A DNA stretch of 64,000 nt. Origin: Bugula neritina (Eukaryota; Animalia; Bryozoa). The DNA is taken from NCBI GenBank assembly GCA_964035545.1, contig OZ037770.1, positions 4,682,662-4,746,661 of the forward strand, read 5' to 3'. A program made the translations under genes and the position numbers. A model generated the notes under the pieces. It was not told the DNA's origin. It ran no database searches and saw only the letters and a list, made by a program, of their open reading frames with translations. Below are positions 10,601 through 22,600 of the stretch, one piece after another (within the stretch, counting starts at the first letter, position 1; each line of letters opens with the position of its first letter).

Positions 10601-13600
10601 GTTAAAATATAAAAATTAGGCACTATAAAACTAAGAGATTGTATCTGTACCAAGAGCTTTTTGTACGGCACCGAGAGATATGATGTGTAGAGAGACGGCA
10701 AGTGAGGCACCACCTGCGGCGTAGATCAGGAGGACAGCTGGAAAGAGTTAGGGACAGGGAAATAGAGAGGGGAAGGAGAACGTCATCTACGACACTGGGG
10801 TTGTCACAAAGATGGGTGTCGGGGCAATGTGGAAGGTAGACACTCAGTCTTTATCATCTCTCTTGAGCTGGGCCACAGAGTCCCGGAGAGCCTTGAGTTC
10901 AGAAGCGGCGGCTGATATCCTAGAAGCCAACCTCTCTCTCTCTAGTTCATGCATCCGTTGCTCCATCTCTCTTAGATTTCTAGCAACAGAGGAGTGGCGT
11001 TTGGGGATGAAGACTGCCATCGCCACTTACGAGAGGGTCGAGGGGAGACGGGTGAGGATGGGCATCATCTCTGGGGGACTTCTATCCGTTGTAAGACTAC
11101 TCGGGGTACGATGTTGGGACGGGGCGCAGTGTGAGCGGGGGTTTGGGGCGAGGTACCAGGAGCTTCTTGAGCCCAGGGGGTTTGGGGCAGGGTCCCTGGG
11201 TAATGGCACGGGGAGCGGGAAATTCTTGGCTCAGCCGTTCGTAACGAGCAGAGTCTGAGATGAATGGCTTGATGAGGCCGAGAAAAGTTATGAAGGAAAG
11301 CTTGTCCACATTGTAGAGATGTCCAACGTGACACTCCATAGTCCTCTGGTGACGGAGGGTGTAGTCCCTGTGGTAGCTGTACTCCCCACAGGGGCAGAAG
11401 GTGGTGATGAAATGTTGATGGATGTGTACTCGGAGGCGGCGAGGTGTGGTGAAATGCTGTTGACACAGCCGGCAGGTGGTGCAGTCGTCGTTTCCTCTAT
11501 CTTGTTGAATTATGTTCTCGATATCCTGGGTAACCCAGCTAGACCGGGTTATGAGTATCTCCGGTAGTGTAGCGGAAGTAGGTTCCGTCTCCCAAGCCAT
11601 CTCCAATGGTGGCATATCATCGTAGTTAGAAGAGCGAGTGATATCTGAAAGAGCAGAATTTTTGTTAGATCGAATTTGATCTTTACAGCATAATTCTGAT
11701 GACAATCGACTGTTACTAGTCTGAGAGTCATGCATCTTTTTGTACGGCACTTGAGAGACTGTGTTTAGACGTGTAGACTGACTGAGAAACATAGTGTCAA
11801 GCTCCAGATCTAGTAGATCGTCGGCCATTGTTATGTCCTCGTTTAGCCCAGTCTCCAGTAATTGTGATTCAACCGGAGTGATTAAATCAGAGTTAACTGA
11901 TGTCAGACCCGTTTCCATAGATAGGAATATTAGGACTAGGCAGGCTTACTTTGGAACTTGGTATTTGGAATCATACTCAACGTTCAAGTTTGGATTTTAG
12001 TGGTTTTAGTATGTGTACCTTTGGTGATGTCAGCGTAAGAAAAGACTGGACAGCGTGTTTATTTTGCATGGCTAGAACTGTTTGCCCCGGGCGCAATAAT
12101 TCCACCTAATACTCCGCCCTCGCAAAAGTTGATATTTTCGCGGTGTTCACAACTTCCTTCGTTTCGCTACCAGTCTCTCAGTACCGCACCCAGCTTGGCC
12201 TTCATGTCTGCCGCTTGTAACGCAGTCGCATACGAAGTCTCAAATATACTAGGGGTTGCCTAGTACGTTGTCCACTTTCTAAGGGAAATGGTGTGCTAGT
12301 TGGGGGAGATGGTGTAGTCACTGCTGGTGGGGGTGTACTCACTGGTGGACTTTTATGTTCCGCCGGGGGCGTTTTCGGCCTGCTATTGACTGTTGTATCA
12401 TTTTCAAGATTTCCGGATACAGCCCTCCCCCGGGGGGGTTTTGCACTTCCGGAGCTAAAACAGGTTCCGGAAGTGTTGGCGTTAGACTTGGCGCTGAGGG
12501 TGGTGGGCGCACTTCTGGTAACGGAAGTGGTCTTTCCTGCCTCACCAAGTCTTCTGCCCGCGGCATGACCACTTCATACTCTGGTTCATGTCGTCGCCGC
12601 TAGCGCGTTGCTGTCTGCCTCCTGGGCTCTAACAACCGGGGGGGAGGGGGGGTTCTCCAGCCGCACCTGGGCTAGCCCAATACAGCTTCAAGGGAGCCTC
12701 ATTCTGGATAGACACCTGTCCTGAGCGCTCAAGCTTGTAGGTGTGATTGGGCATCACTTCAACTACCGCGTAGGGTCCCACGAACTTAGGCTGTAGCTTA
12801 GCCGCCTGTCCTTGATGCCTACGGTAGTTGACCATCCACACCCAGTCTCTAACTTTGTAGAGGGGTGGTTCCTCGGAGTCTTCTTTTCGCACCTGCCACT
12901 GCTTTTCCCGTAGTATTGTGTGTGCGACCTTCATTTGCTTTACCAATTTGCTGACATACTCGTGGATGGGGTAGTCCTGCTCAGGAATGTGGTAGGTGAG
13001 GTCATCTGGCACCCTAGTCTTTCGAACGAGCATCAGGAGGTTAGGGGTCTCACCAGTACTGGTGTGCGGTGTGCTACGATAGGCCCGCATGACTTGCGGC
13101 AACACCGTATCCCATTTCTTCTGACTCCGGTCGAGGAGAACACTGCGGAGTGCATCGCCCAGCATCCGGTTGTTGCGCTCCACCACTCCGTTTTCCTGGG
13201 GGTAGTATGGAGTGGTCCTGCTTTAATTTACTCCTCAGAGGCAGCAAAGATCGCTCATCAGCTGAGACTAAAATTGAGCCCCCTGGTCCAAATGTATATG
13301 CTCAGGCAAGCCAAAATAGCAGAATACATGTTGGTCCAGCACCCTGGCCATTGTTGGAGCGGACGCATCTGGGATAGCCAGCGCGTCTGCCTACCTAGTG
13401 AAGTGGTCGGTTAATACTAGGATCCAACTGTTTCCTCTGGGGGTTAGGGGCATGGGTCCGACCAGGTTGACAGCCACCACTTGCCGCGGCCTTCCAGCAT
13501 ATAGCCTCCGCCGTCCCGTTTCACCAAGGAGACGACCATGCTTGCTGGCCTGGCAGATTTCGCACTGTCTTACTCTGATTCGTACATCACGCTCCATGCT

Positions 13601-16600
13601 AGGCCAGTACCACCGGAGTTGTAATTTGGTATGCACCCTCTGGACTCCTGCGTGAGCCTGTTTGTGGGTGTTCCATACTAACTCCCGGCGGATAGCAGCT
13701 GGGCAGACTACCCTCTTCTTCTCGGGGTGTCTGTTGCTTGCGGCCAATGTCATGGTCAGCAGAAAATCCGGCCCGATCCGCAGGGAGTCCCAACGTCGAC
13801 AATACAGCCGTAATTCGGCGCATCTCTGCCTCAGCTTTTCTTCATTGGGTCGTCGCCCCTCCTTCTTGGCTTGGTACACGTCGGCTACCACTCCCAGAGG
13901 GTTTTCCTGGAGTTTTCGTAGCTCCCTAACATTACTGGCCAAGACAGGGTTGTCGCGGAGGTTTTGTACTACCTTCGGAGGCGTACCCGCCTTCTGTTGG
14001 AGTTGACCCTGGTCCCAGTCATACTCTATCCCAGGGTGGTCCAGTGCCGTCAACTAGGACCGCAGGAAACTTCCATCCCTCTTCTCAATGTTGAGACACT
14101 GCCTTCACCCTTCGTCTGGTCGCCGGCTCAGTCCGTCTGCATTGCCGTGCTTCTTACCGGGTCGATGTTTGATCCGGTAAAATAACTCGGCCAGGACCTT
14201 GAGCCATCTCGCGACCTGGCTAGACAGTTCTGCTCTCTTGCACAACCAAATCACAGAGGTGTGGTCCGTACGCAGCCGGAACTTCCGGCCGTATAGATAA
14301 GGTCTAAAGGTCTTCACTGACTTGATTACTGCCAGCAGTTTCTTGCGGGTAGTGCAGAAGTGCCGTTCAGTGGGTGAGAGAGACTTGCTGTAATAGGCTA
14401 CTACTACTTCACTACGTTCCTGCACTTGCGACAGCACAGCGCCAACATTCTGGTCACTGGCGTCCGTGTCTAGGATATACACCAGAGTAAAGTTTGGGTA
14501 GGCCAAGATAGGAGCCTCCAGCAGACGGCCCTTGAGGCAGACGAACGCCCTCTGTTTGACGGAAGTCCACTTCCAGGTCACCCCCTTTGCGGTGAGCCGA
14601 ATTAACGGCTGTGCCACCCCTGCAAAGTCTGGTATGTATTGCCTGTAATACCCTACCAGCCCCAGGAAAGCCTGATGTCCGGTCAAATCATGGGGGTAAC
14701 CCAGTTTTCCACAGCTCGTACTTTTTCAGGATCAGTCGCCACGTAATGACGGCCGACGATGTGCCCGAGGTACCTCACCTCCGGCTGCAAGAGAGCGCAC
14801 TTGGAAGGTTTGAGCTTCAGATTGGCACCTCTGAGTCGTTCAAACACCTCCCGCAGACGACTGACGTGTGTCTGGAAGTCTGGGGAGATCACGATGACTT
14901 CATCGAGGTAGAGTAGCAGTGTCTTCCAGTGGAGCCCACTGAGGACCTGTTCCATGAGCCTCTGAAAAGTGGCAGGGGCGGAGGTCAACCCAAAGGGTAG
15001 TACTTTCCACTTCCACAGTCTGTCCCGTGTGATGAACACCGCCTTCTCCTGGGCGTCGGGACTCAGAGGGACCTGCCAATAACCGCTCAGCAAGTTTAGT
15101 GTACTAAAGTACTTGCTGCCGGCCAGGGCGTCCAGAGATTCATCAATCTCGGGTAAAGGATAGGCGTCCTGTATGGTTACGCTATTTAGTTTGCGGTAAT
15201 CCACGCAGAACCGCCAACTGCCGTCTTTCTTCTGGACCAGGACAACCGACGAGCTCCATTCACTATGTGCTGGCTCCTTCTCTTTTTCCGGCCCCAACCT
15301 CCTCATGGGTTGCCAGGTAGGGAGAGTCCCCACAGCCAACGGTATCTCATGACAGACAGCTCTAGTCAGGCCCATGTCATGGTCTCCGCTGCTGAACACT
15401 TCGTTGTACTCGCATAGCAACTTGGCCATAGCCTGTCGCTCCCCGTTGCTCGCGCAACTATCACAGGACGACTTGTACAACTCTTGGACATGTAGCGGGA
15501 CGGTCCCCCGCCCTGGAGACGGGCGTTGTTGGGGACCTTCCGTCGCATCTCCCAGCGACGGCCCTATATCCTTTTCCTGAACAGAATGGAAACGGCCCAG
15601 TACGGACCCTGATGGTAGCTGTACCGCTTCTGAGAAGGGGTTGACACACTGCATCAAGATTTCTCCTCGTTCAGTCAGCCGGTTAAGACTACTGGCGAGT
15701 TGGAATCTTGCGTGCGCGCCTTCGACAACTCCCAACCCAGAGATCTGGCTACTGTGTACTCTACAGTAAATGGTAGCCCGGGTACGGCCTGGTATTGTAC
15801 AGTTCCGTATTACCTGCACGCCTCCCACTAGGGGACGGCCAGACTTGTCGACACAAGTGAGCTCTTTGCCGGCCATCAGTATAGCTGACTTGTTAAAGTC
15901 AATGCGGCAACCATGTCGCTTCAAGAATGGCATCCCTAGTATAGCATCCTCCTCTAGTTGGCTGATGACGAAGGTTTCCTGGATGGCCCGGTCGCGGACG
16001 CGTCCAGTCAGCTCTATAATACCGTAGAATGGGATACGCGACCCGTCTGCAAGGGTGCCAGGTTCCCCGGTATAGGGAGCTAATTCTCTCCTCTCCTTAG
16101 GGGGAAGAGCGTCAAAGACCCGACGGCTGAGGAGATTCGTGGTACACCCGGAGTCTAACAGGAAAGTGACAGACCTGCCGGCCACCTTCCTGGTAAGAAA
16201 TAGCTATCTCCATGTGGTTGTACCCTTACTCCCCCAGCGTGCTCGGTCTCGGCCTGGTGGGGCAGTGCCCGTTTCGACCGCGGTTTTCGGGGCCTTTTAG
16301 GGCGAGGATTTCTCCGCGGAGGGGCGATTGGTTCCCCTCCGATGTCCGGATGGACCTTGCCAGCCGGCTCCATTTCTGGTAGCCAGCTGAAGCGGTTAGC
16401 GAGAGGCGGTGTGAATGGTTCCAGTCGCCGCTCTGGTCGACTGGTCCAATGGGGTGCCTGCCACTCGTGGGGGGTATACCGCGCTGTCCGTACGAACGCC
16501 CTGCGGTATCCACCTCGTGGTTCCTTCATTCTCGGCCTGCGGGGTTTGGAGGCGTCCGCGAGCCGTGGAAGTTTAATCGTTTCCCAGATTGTGGGCAACT

Positions 16601-19600
16601 CGAGCGGAGATTTCCTCGTGTGCTGCATCTTCAACATAAAGCAGCTGGCCTCAGAACCTCTACCCTCGGCCTCAAAGGTCCTTGGGTGGGTTCTGTGGGG
16701 TTGGCACGGGCTAGGATCGCCACCAACTGTTCTAACATGGCTATCATGCGGTCCACCTCCGCTTCAAGAGGAAGGGTGGTGGTGGCGGCAGCCACTTGGA
16801 CTGGATGGTCCGGTCCCGAAGTGATTTGTTGGGAGCTCACTTTAGCTCGATAGAATTGTTTGGCCAAGATATAGGCTTCACCTTCATGCAGTGCATCCTC
16901 TATCGTGGTCACCCCTCTTGCATGAAGCTGGTGGTGGAAACCCAAAACATTGAGGGACTGTACAAAGGCGTCATAGGTGTAATGTTCCCGGTGTGTTTCT
17001 CGCAAGTTGCTGTATGCGATCTGTGCCAGTCTCTTCACTAGGGTAGCATGATCCTGTAGTGGTGTGCGCGCTTCTTAGTGCAACCTTTGTGAACGGGCCC
17101 TGGCGTCCACAGCGGTGATGCCAAAACGGGCCCGCAGCTCAGCATAGATCCCGTTTACACTGGATCCCAGTCCGTACGACTTGGCTTACTTCGTCAGCGC
17201 TGTCCGTAGTTGAATCAGGGCTACTCGTGGTGGCTATCGAGTGATGGCCATGACTTCGTTGAATTCTCGAATAAATTGTTCAACATCTTCTAGGCCCGTA
17301 ACATACTACACTTCCCACTACAACATTATATATTTTTATAGTAACACAGTTTCTTATTATTGTCTAATTAGTAAGAAAACTACTTTCTTATATTTATAAT
17401 GACATCACATTGCAACATAATTGACTCAATCAACCGTATTGTATAAAGCTCATTAGTAAAAAATCACTTAGTAAATTATATAGTATGTTTGATTTAGGTA
17501 ATTCAAGTTCTACTTTTAATTATTTTGAAATAAAAGATCTGCTTTTATATTGTAAACCGAAGAGGACAAAAAGAATTATTATTTTTTTTCATGCTCTCCT
17601 TTGGTTATCTATCTCCGATTCTCAGTGTAATAGAAGCCAAATTTTGTCTTATTCCTGTTCTCAAACAGCCTGTTAATATATTGTTTCATAATTAATTTAC
17701 AATTCTAAATTACGAATCAACTGGCCTTTAAAGGTGCAACATGTTCCTGCAAGCCGATGACTTTCCAGAATTGTATTCTCTCATAGTGAAATAATTCACA
17801 ACTTCTATTTCCTGTCTAGAAACTGTAATACATTTATTAGGGTAATTAGTGAGAGGTTGTGGCAGAAGTATTTTATTTTACTTGAAATTACTTTAATGCT
17901 TTGCGTAGATGTTTCAGAGCTGTACTGTGTTCCTATTTGATGGTAAATTGCATGTATTATGGCACATAGAACAAAATTCCTTATAATGATAACATCCATA
18001 TAGTAGAATATCAGTGTGAACAGTTACTCAGTGATCAGAAGTGTCAGAAGTATTTTATTTTCACTTCACATTACTTTAATGCCTTATGCAGATGCCACAG
18101 AGCTGTAGCCTACCGTGTTCCTATTTGCTGATAACTGTGTTGTGGCACATACTAGGAATTTTCTACTCTGTAGTATAAAATATTATTCCTTCTGGTAGAA
18201 TACCAGTGTGAACAGTTACTCAGTTATCTGCCATATAAAAAAAGATGATAGTATTACATGTAGGTTGTTTTTTTATGACAGTACTTAGTACAAATGTAGC
18301 ACTTTTTTTACCAAATATATAGGGTTAACGGGGCACAACGGTCATAGGGGTACAAAAAGCCGGCCAAATTGTGAGAAAACTTATTGACTTAGAGTTGTGA
18401 TTTTTTTTTCATGAAACGATATTGACATAATTATTCAGCCTTTGTAGTTTCAACACTTTCGGAACATACGTGTTGAAAAGGCGAGTAAAAAACTGTTTTT
18501 ACCTACTTTTTGTAATTTTTTTAGGATGTCGTTGAAGCCTTATAACTTTTTACACTAAAAGGCAAGAAGCCTATATTTTACTAATATTGTTGCCATTGCT
18601 TGTCTCTACAATGCTTAACTAGTATAACAGCAAACACTGAAATAAATTTTCCTTGAGGCACATTTATTTTCAATTTTGGCCACACGGGGCACAATGGGCC
18701 ACGCTGACCGGGGCACAATGGGCCACCTGATTATTGCACCCTGATCACTGTTTTTAGTTTGTTTGCCCAAAAAGTTGGTTGAACTGTTACTAAAATCTAT
18801 AAATATAGCCATTTCTGACTTTTTTGTAAAATATCAAAGACATCATGGTAAGACTACAAAACTACAAGTTGAAGCTCCCCTAATACATACATCTGGTGAG
18901 GTTAAAGCTTTGCCATTTTATACATAATACAAAACACTTTGCTGTTGCTACTAGTAGATAGTCATGATAATCATTATATATTACACCATTGAGGGAATAT
19001 ACATGCATTTGACTGAAATAAGTTGTGATTTGCTCATTTGCTCCCCCCCCTCTCCCTTCTGTACTCCAGTCACAAACCTCAGCCATGGATGCACCATAGC
19101 TACAGTTCATTGAAAAAAGTTCACTCAGAATTTTGTAGTACATTTTAGTAAAGTTTTTTTTTAATAAGTGTTGTTCTGAAGTAAAAATAACAAAACATTT
19201 TTAGTTTTAAACAGTAATGATAATGGCACTGCAGAACCGAGTGACGTGCGTTTGATTTTGATTTTGCTATCCGTAGTGGCACAAACTGTACAGCTAAAAC
19301 ATGAATTTTGCTGTAGATCTGAAAGAGTATCTTTCTTTATTTGTATTATTAAATAAATAAAGATCAGATATAACAAAATACACAAAATTTCAATATATTT
19401 GTTGTGTCCCACCCAGTGGCCCATTGTACCCCGGTACCGGGGCACAATGGGCCAATTTTTTCGTCATGAAAATTTCATTATTCTGAAAGTTGTGAAAGAG
19501 ATAGAAACAACAAACTGGTACCTGTAATAGACAACAGATGTAGCATTAGGACTAGGGATTATTGAACTAGTAACTTGAAAAACAGACAAATGGGAGCAAC

Positions 19601-22600
19601 AATTGCAAAATTCGGCCCGTTGTGCCCCCGTTACCCCTACTTACAATTATACTGTTATATTATATATCTTTATAAAATACTTAAAATGTTATGAATCATA
19701 TATAATATGATACTCGTACATAATTGTAACTTAGACATACTTGTTTTCTTTCCTTAATTAATGTACTAAATCAAGGTATTGTATATAAACTTGTTATTGT
19801 AACTGCAACTTAGTACTATATTATGTGTAATTATTGTTATATTAATATTGGGTATCTTTATGAAAACTAATATATCAATTACCTGTATAGTTAAGTCTAA
19901 TAATAGAATTATTATATATTATTAGAATACAGAGATTAAAGAAGTTACAGGAACTCACAATTTCAGAGAATAACTTCACCAGTCTACCTTCTTCAGTATG
20001 TGCATTGAGTAATCTGCACACACTGGATATATCCAACAACAGATCCATGACGTCCTTGAACCCTGAGATACTACAGCTAACACATCTTGAGTCTTTCCGT
20101 ACACGTGAATGTGATGCTCTTACATCTCCTCCGCTAGAAATCTGTGTAAGTGGAGTGGATGCTGTGCGACAATACTACACAGACTTGGCTAAAGGTGCTG
20201 GTAGAAATCTTCCATTTGCTACAACAGTGGTGTTGGGGAACACCATGGCAGGTAAAACCAGTCTAATCAGAACATTACAGAGCACTGACAAGAAGAGAGT
20301 TCTGACTGACAGAAGTCCTAATGCAGAGTATGATGAGACCACAAAAGTGTTTAATGTGGAGAAGGTGGAGGTGGATGGTACAACTCTTCGTCTATTTGAT
20401 ATGGGAGGCCAAGAAGTTTACCATATCACATACCATTTAACACTGAGACAGAATTGTGTACCAGTCATTGTAGTCAACATGGAGCAGTATGATCAGATTT
20501 CGAAAATGTCTACAAACAGAGAGGCTGTGAGAAAGCTGGCTTTTGACTTCATGTCTCACCTCTATCTCGCTCATCCAACTCTTGGTCCGCCTAAGCTTGT
20601 CTTCACACACAAGGATAAGTTTCGGAGTGAAGTTTTCCACCAGCTTCGAAGAAAGTTTCTTGTAGTGTCCGAGCAGTTATGCAGAAATATTCTTGAAGAA
20701 GAGAAAAGTTTAGAAGGTGACTTTGCTCGAATTCAACATTTCACTAAATCAAATGGAAAAATCTTTGAAAATGAAAGCATCTATGAAGTTGGGAAATTTG
20801 ATGAGTACAAGATATTTGAATCGATTAGAAGATCTCTTCTTCAAAGTTGCCAACACTTTGTAAAGCCACTTCCAAAAGTCTGGGAGGATGCCAACAACAA
20901 CATTTTGTCCTTACAGACTCCACATAACACCTTTGATGAAGTATTGGCTGTGATAAACAAAAAGCAGGATAACATTGAAGCAAAGCAATTGGATACGATT
21001 ATCATGTACATGCATGATTGTGGCAAAGTTCTCTGGTATAAACATATTGATGCACTCAGGCCATACATATTTCACAAGATCACAGAAATAACCAAGCTAC
21101 TCTGTGTCTTGTATCATCATGATCCAGACATCTGGCAAAGGAGAGTTGATCAGTTCAAACCATATTGCTGCAGAGAAGGAGTGAGAATTGAAAAACAAGA
21201 TTTTGGAGAGTTTGTGAATTCCTTTAAAATAAATGGCTTGATGACGAAATCTCTTCTTGAATATTTGATCAGAAAAGAAACTTCGTTCACTGATGATAAT
21301 AATGTCGAAATTGCTGTTTGTTTGCTCAGAACATTCCGTTTATTGTATGGCCCTTTGAATAAGGATTCTGAAGATCCTTACTTTATAATCCCCCAGTTTG
21401 CCAAAGAATCCTACAGCCTCTCCTACACTCCACCAAAGGAGCTACTGCTTCATACCGACACACAGTTTAATGGTCTGGCATTACCGCTACATGTCTACCA
21501 TCAGATGACGGTTGGATTGCTAGAACTATTTGCTGACGATTCTGCCACAATACAAGTGAAAAGGAATGGAGCAAATGTATATCAAGATAAAATATACACA
21601 CAGCTGATACATGACTATGAATCCAGGAGAGTGTTGCTCTATACGTCATCTGGTGCTAATAATATTACCAAAGCGTGGGAAAAACTCATTTCAGTCAACA
21701 ACAACATCCTCAGACATGTTATGGAAATTTGGACTGCCAGTCGTCCAGTCACTGCCTGTATCTCTGCTCACTGCTTCCTGCTAGGTGTTCCATGTCCTAA
21801 AAAGTCTATTCATTCTAAATGGTGTTTTCGCTCCTTGAAGAAGCCTTCACCAGTTGTCAAGAAGTGCAGCGGATCTTCAACAATCTTGTGCAATAATGAG
21901 GAGATCCCAAGAGCTTTGATTTTCCCATGTATGTATCACTAATAGTGGTTATTACTATGTTTCTATAAATTGAAACTATTGCCTACTACATAAATAATTT
22001 TCATTACTACAAACTCTAAAAAAAACTTGCTAATTTTTTTTTAAATTTGAAAATATTTAAACCAAATACATTCTGTTCTGCGTAGATTTGTAACATTCTC
22101 GTAGTGGTTCTGCCGCAACTTATATTTTAGCTACCAAATACGTTGATTACGGTATACATAATAGGTGAGCTGGTCATAGTATATGTAGACTGGGTACATT
22201 TTACGTAATATGGAAGCTGGTTGTAGTACATGTAGACTGCACTGTTTTGTTCAGGTGAGGCATTGACTGAGACAGAAACCGATGAGCTGGTGAAGCTATT
22301 GACTCAACTTAAACTTCGTAAACAACAGAATGATGCAATCAGAATTGGTACATCTTTATAATACTCATTTTCTCAAAATCAGAGATCTACAATGTAGCAC
22401 TTTATTTACCTTGAATGGAAATTTTATAAGAAAATGCCTTTTTTCAGACAATCAATTAAAGTGCAACCTTGCAAACTTTTTCTTTTTCAATTTATCCTGG
22501 TATTAGCCAATCAAATCATGTGACTGCAGATGATGATGGTGATCTGAGTGATCTCTCTGATGATGATGACAATCTGTATCCTGATGAAGAGAATGAGGAA

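Noticed and set aside
14105-16185. Reverse transcriptase next to hypervariable repeats, suggesting a diversity-generating retroelement
   Set aside because: The RT is an ordinary decayed Gypsy pol (and a LINE RT in copy 2). The insertions differ between paralogues, there is no template/variable repeat pair, and the variation is not adenine-specific.
10812-17041. Numerous + strand ORFs over the Gypsy element
   Set aside because: Antisense shadows of GC-richer retroelement coding sequence with no recognisable motifs.
17885-18230. ~160-bp tandem duplication in the intron before the Roc exon, also present in copy 2 (~56360-56710)
   Set aside because: An old local duplication predating the gene duplication, with no ORF, splice signals or structure suggesting function.
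20005-21942. Treating the 645-aa and 659-aa Roc-COR ORFs as stand-alone single-exon genes
   Set aside because: Both begin at non-ATG codons. The frames extend upstream to a conserved acceptor, and a conserved T|GTATGT donor precedes the stop, with in-phase downstream exons in both copies.
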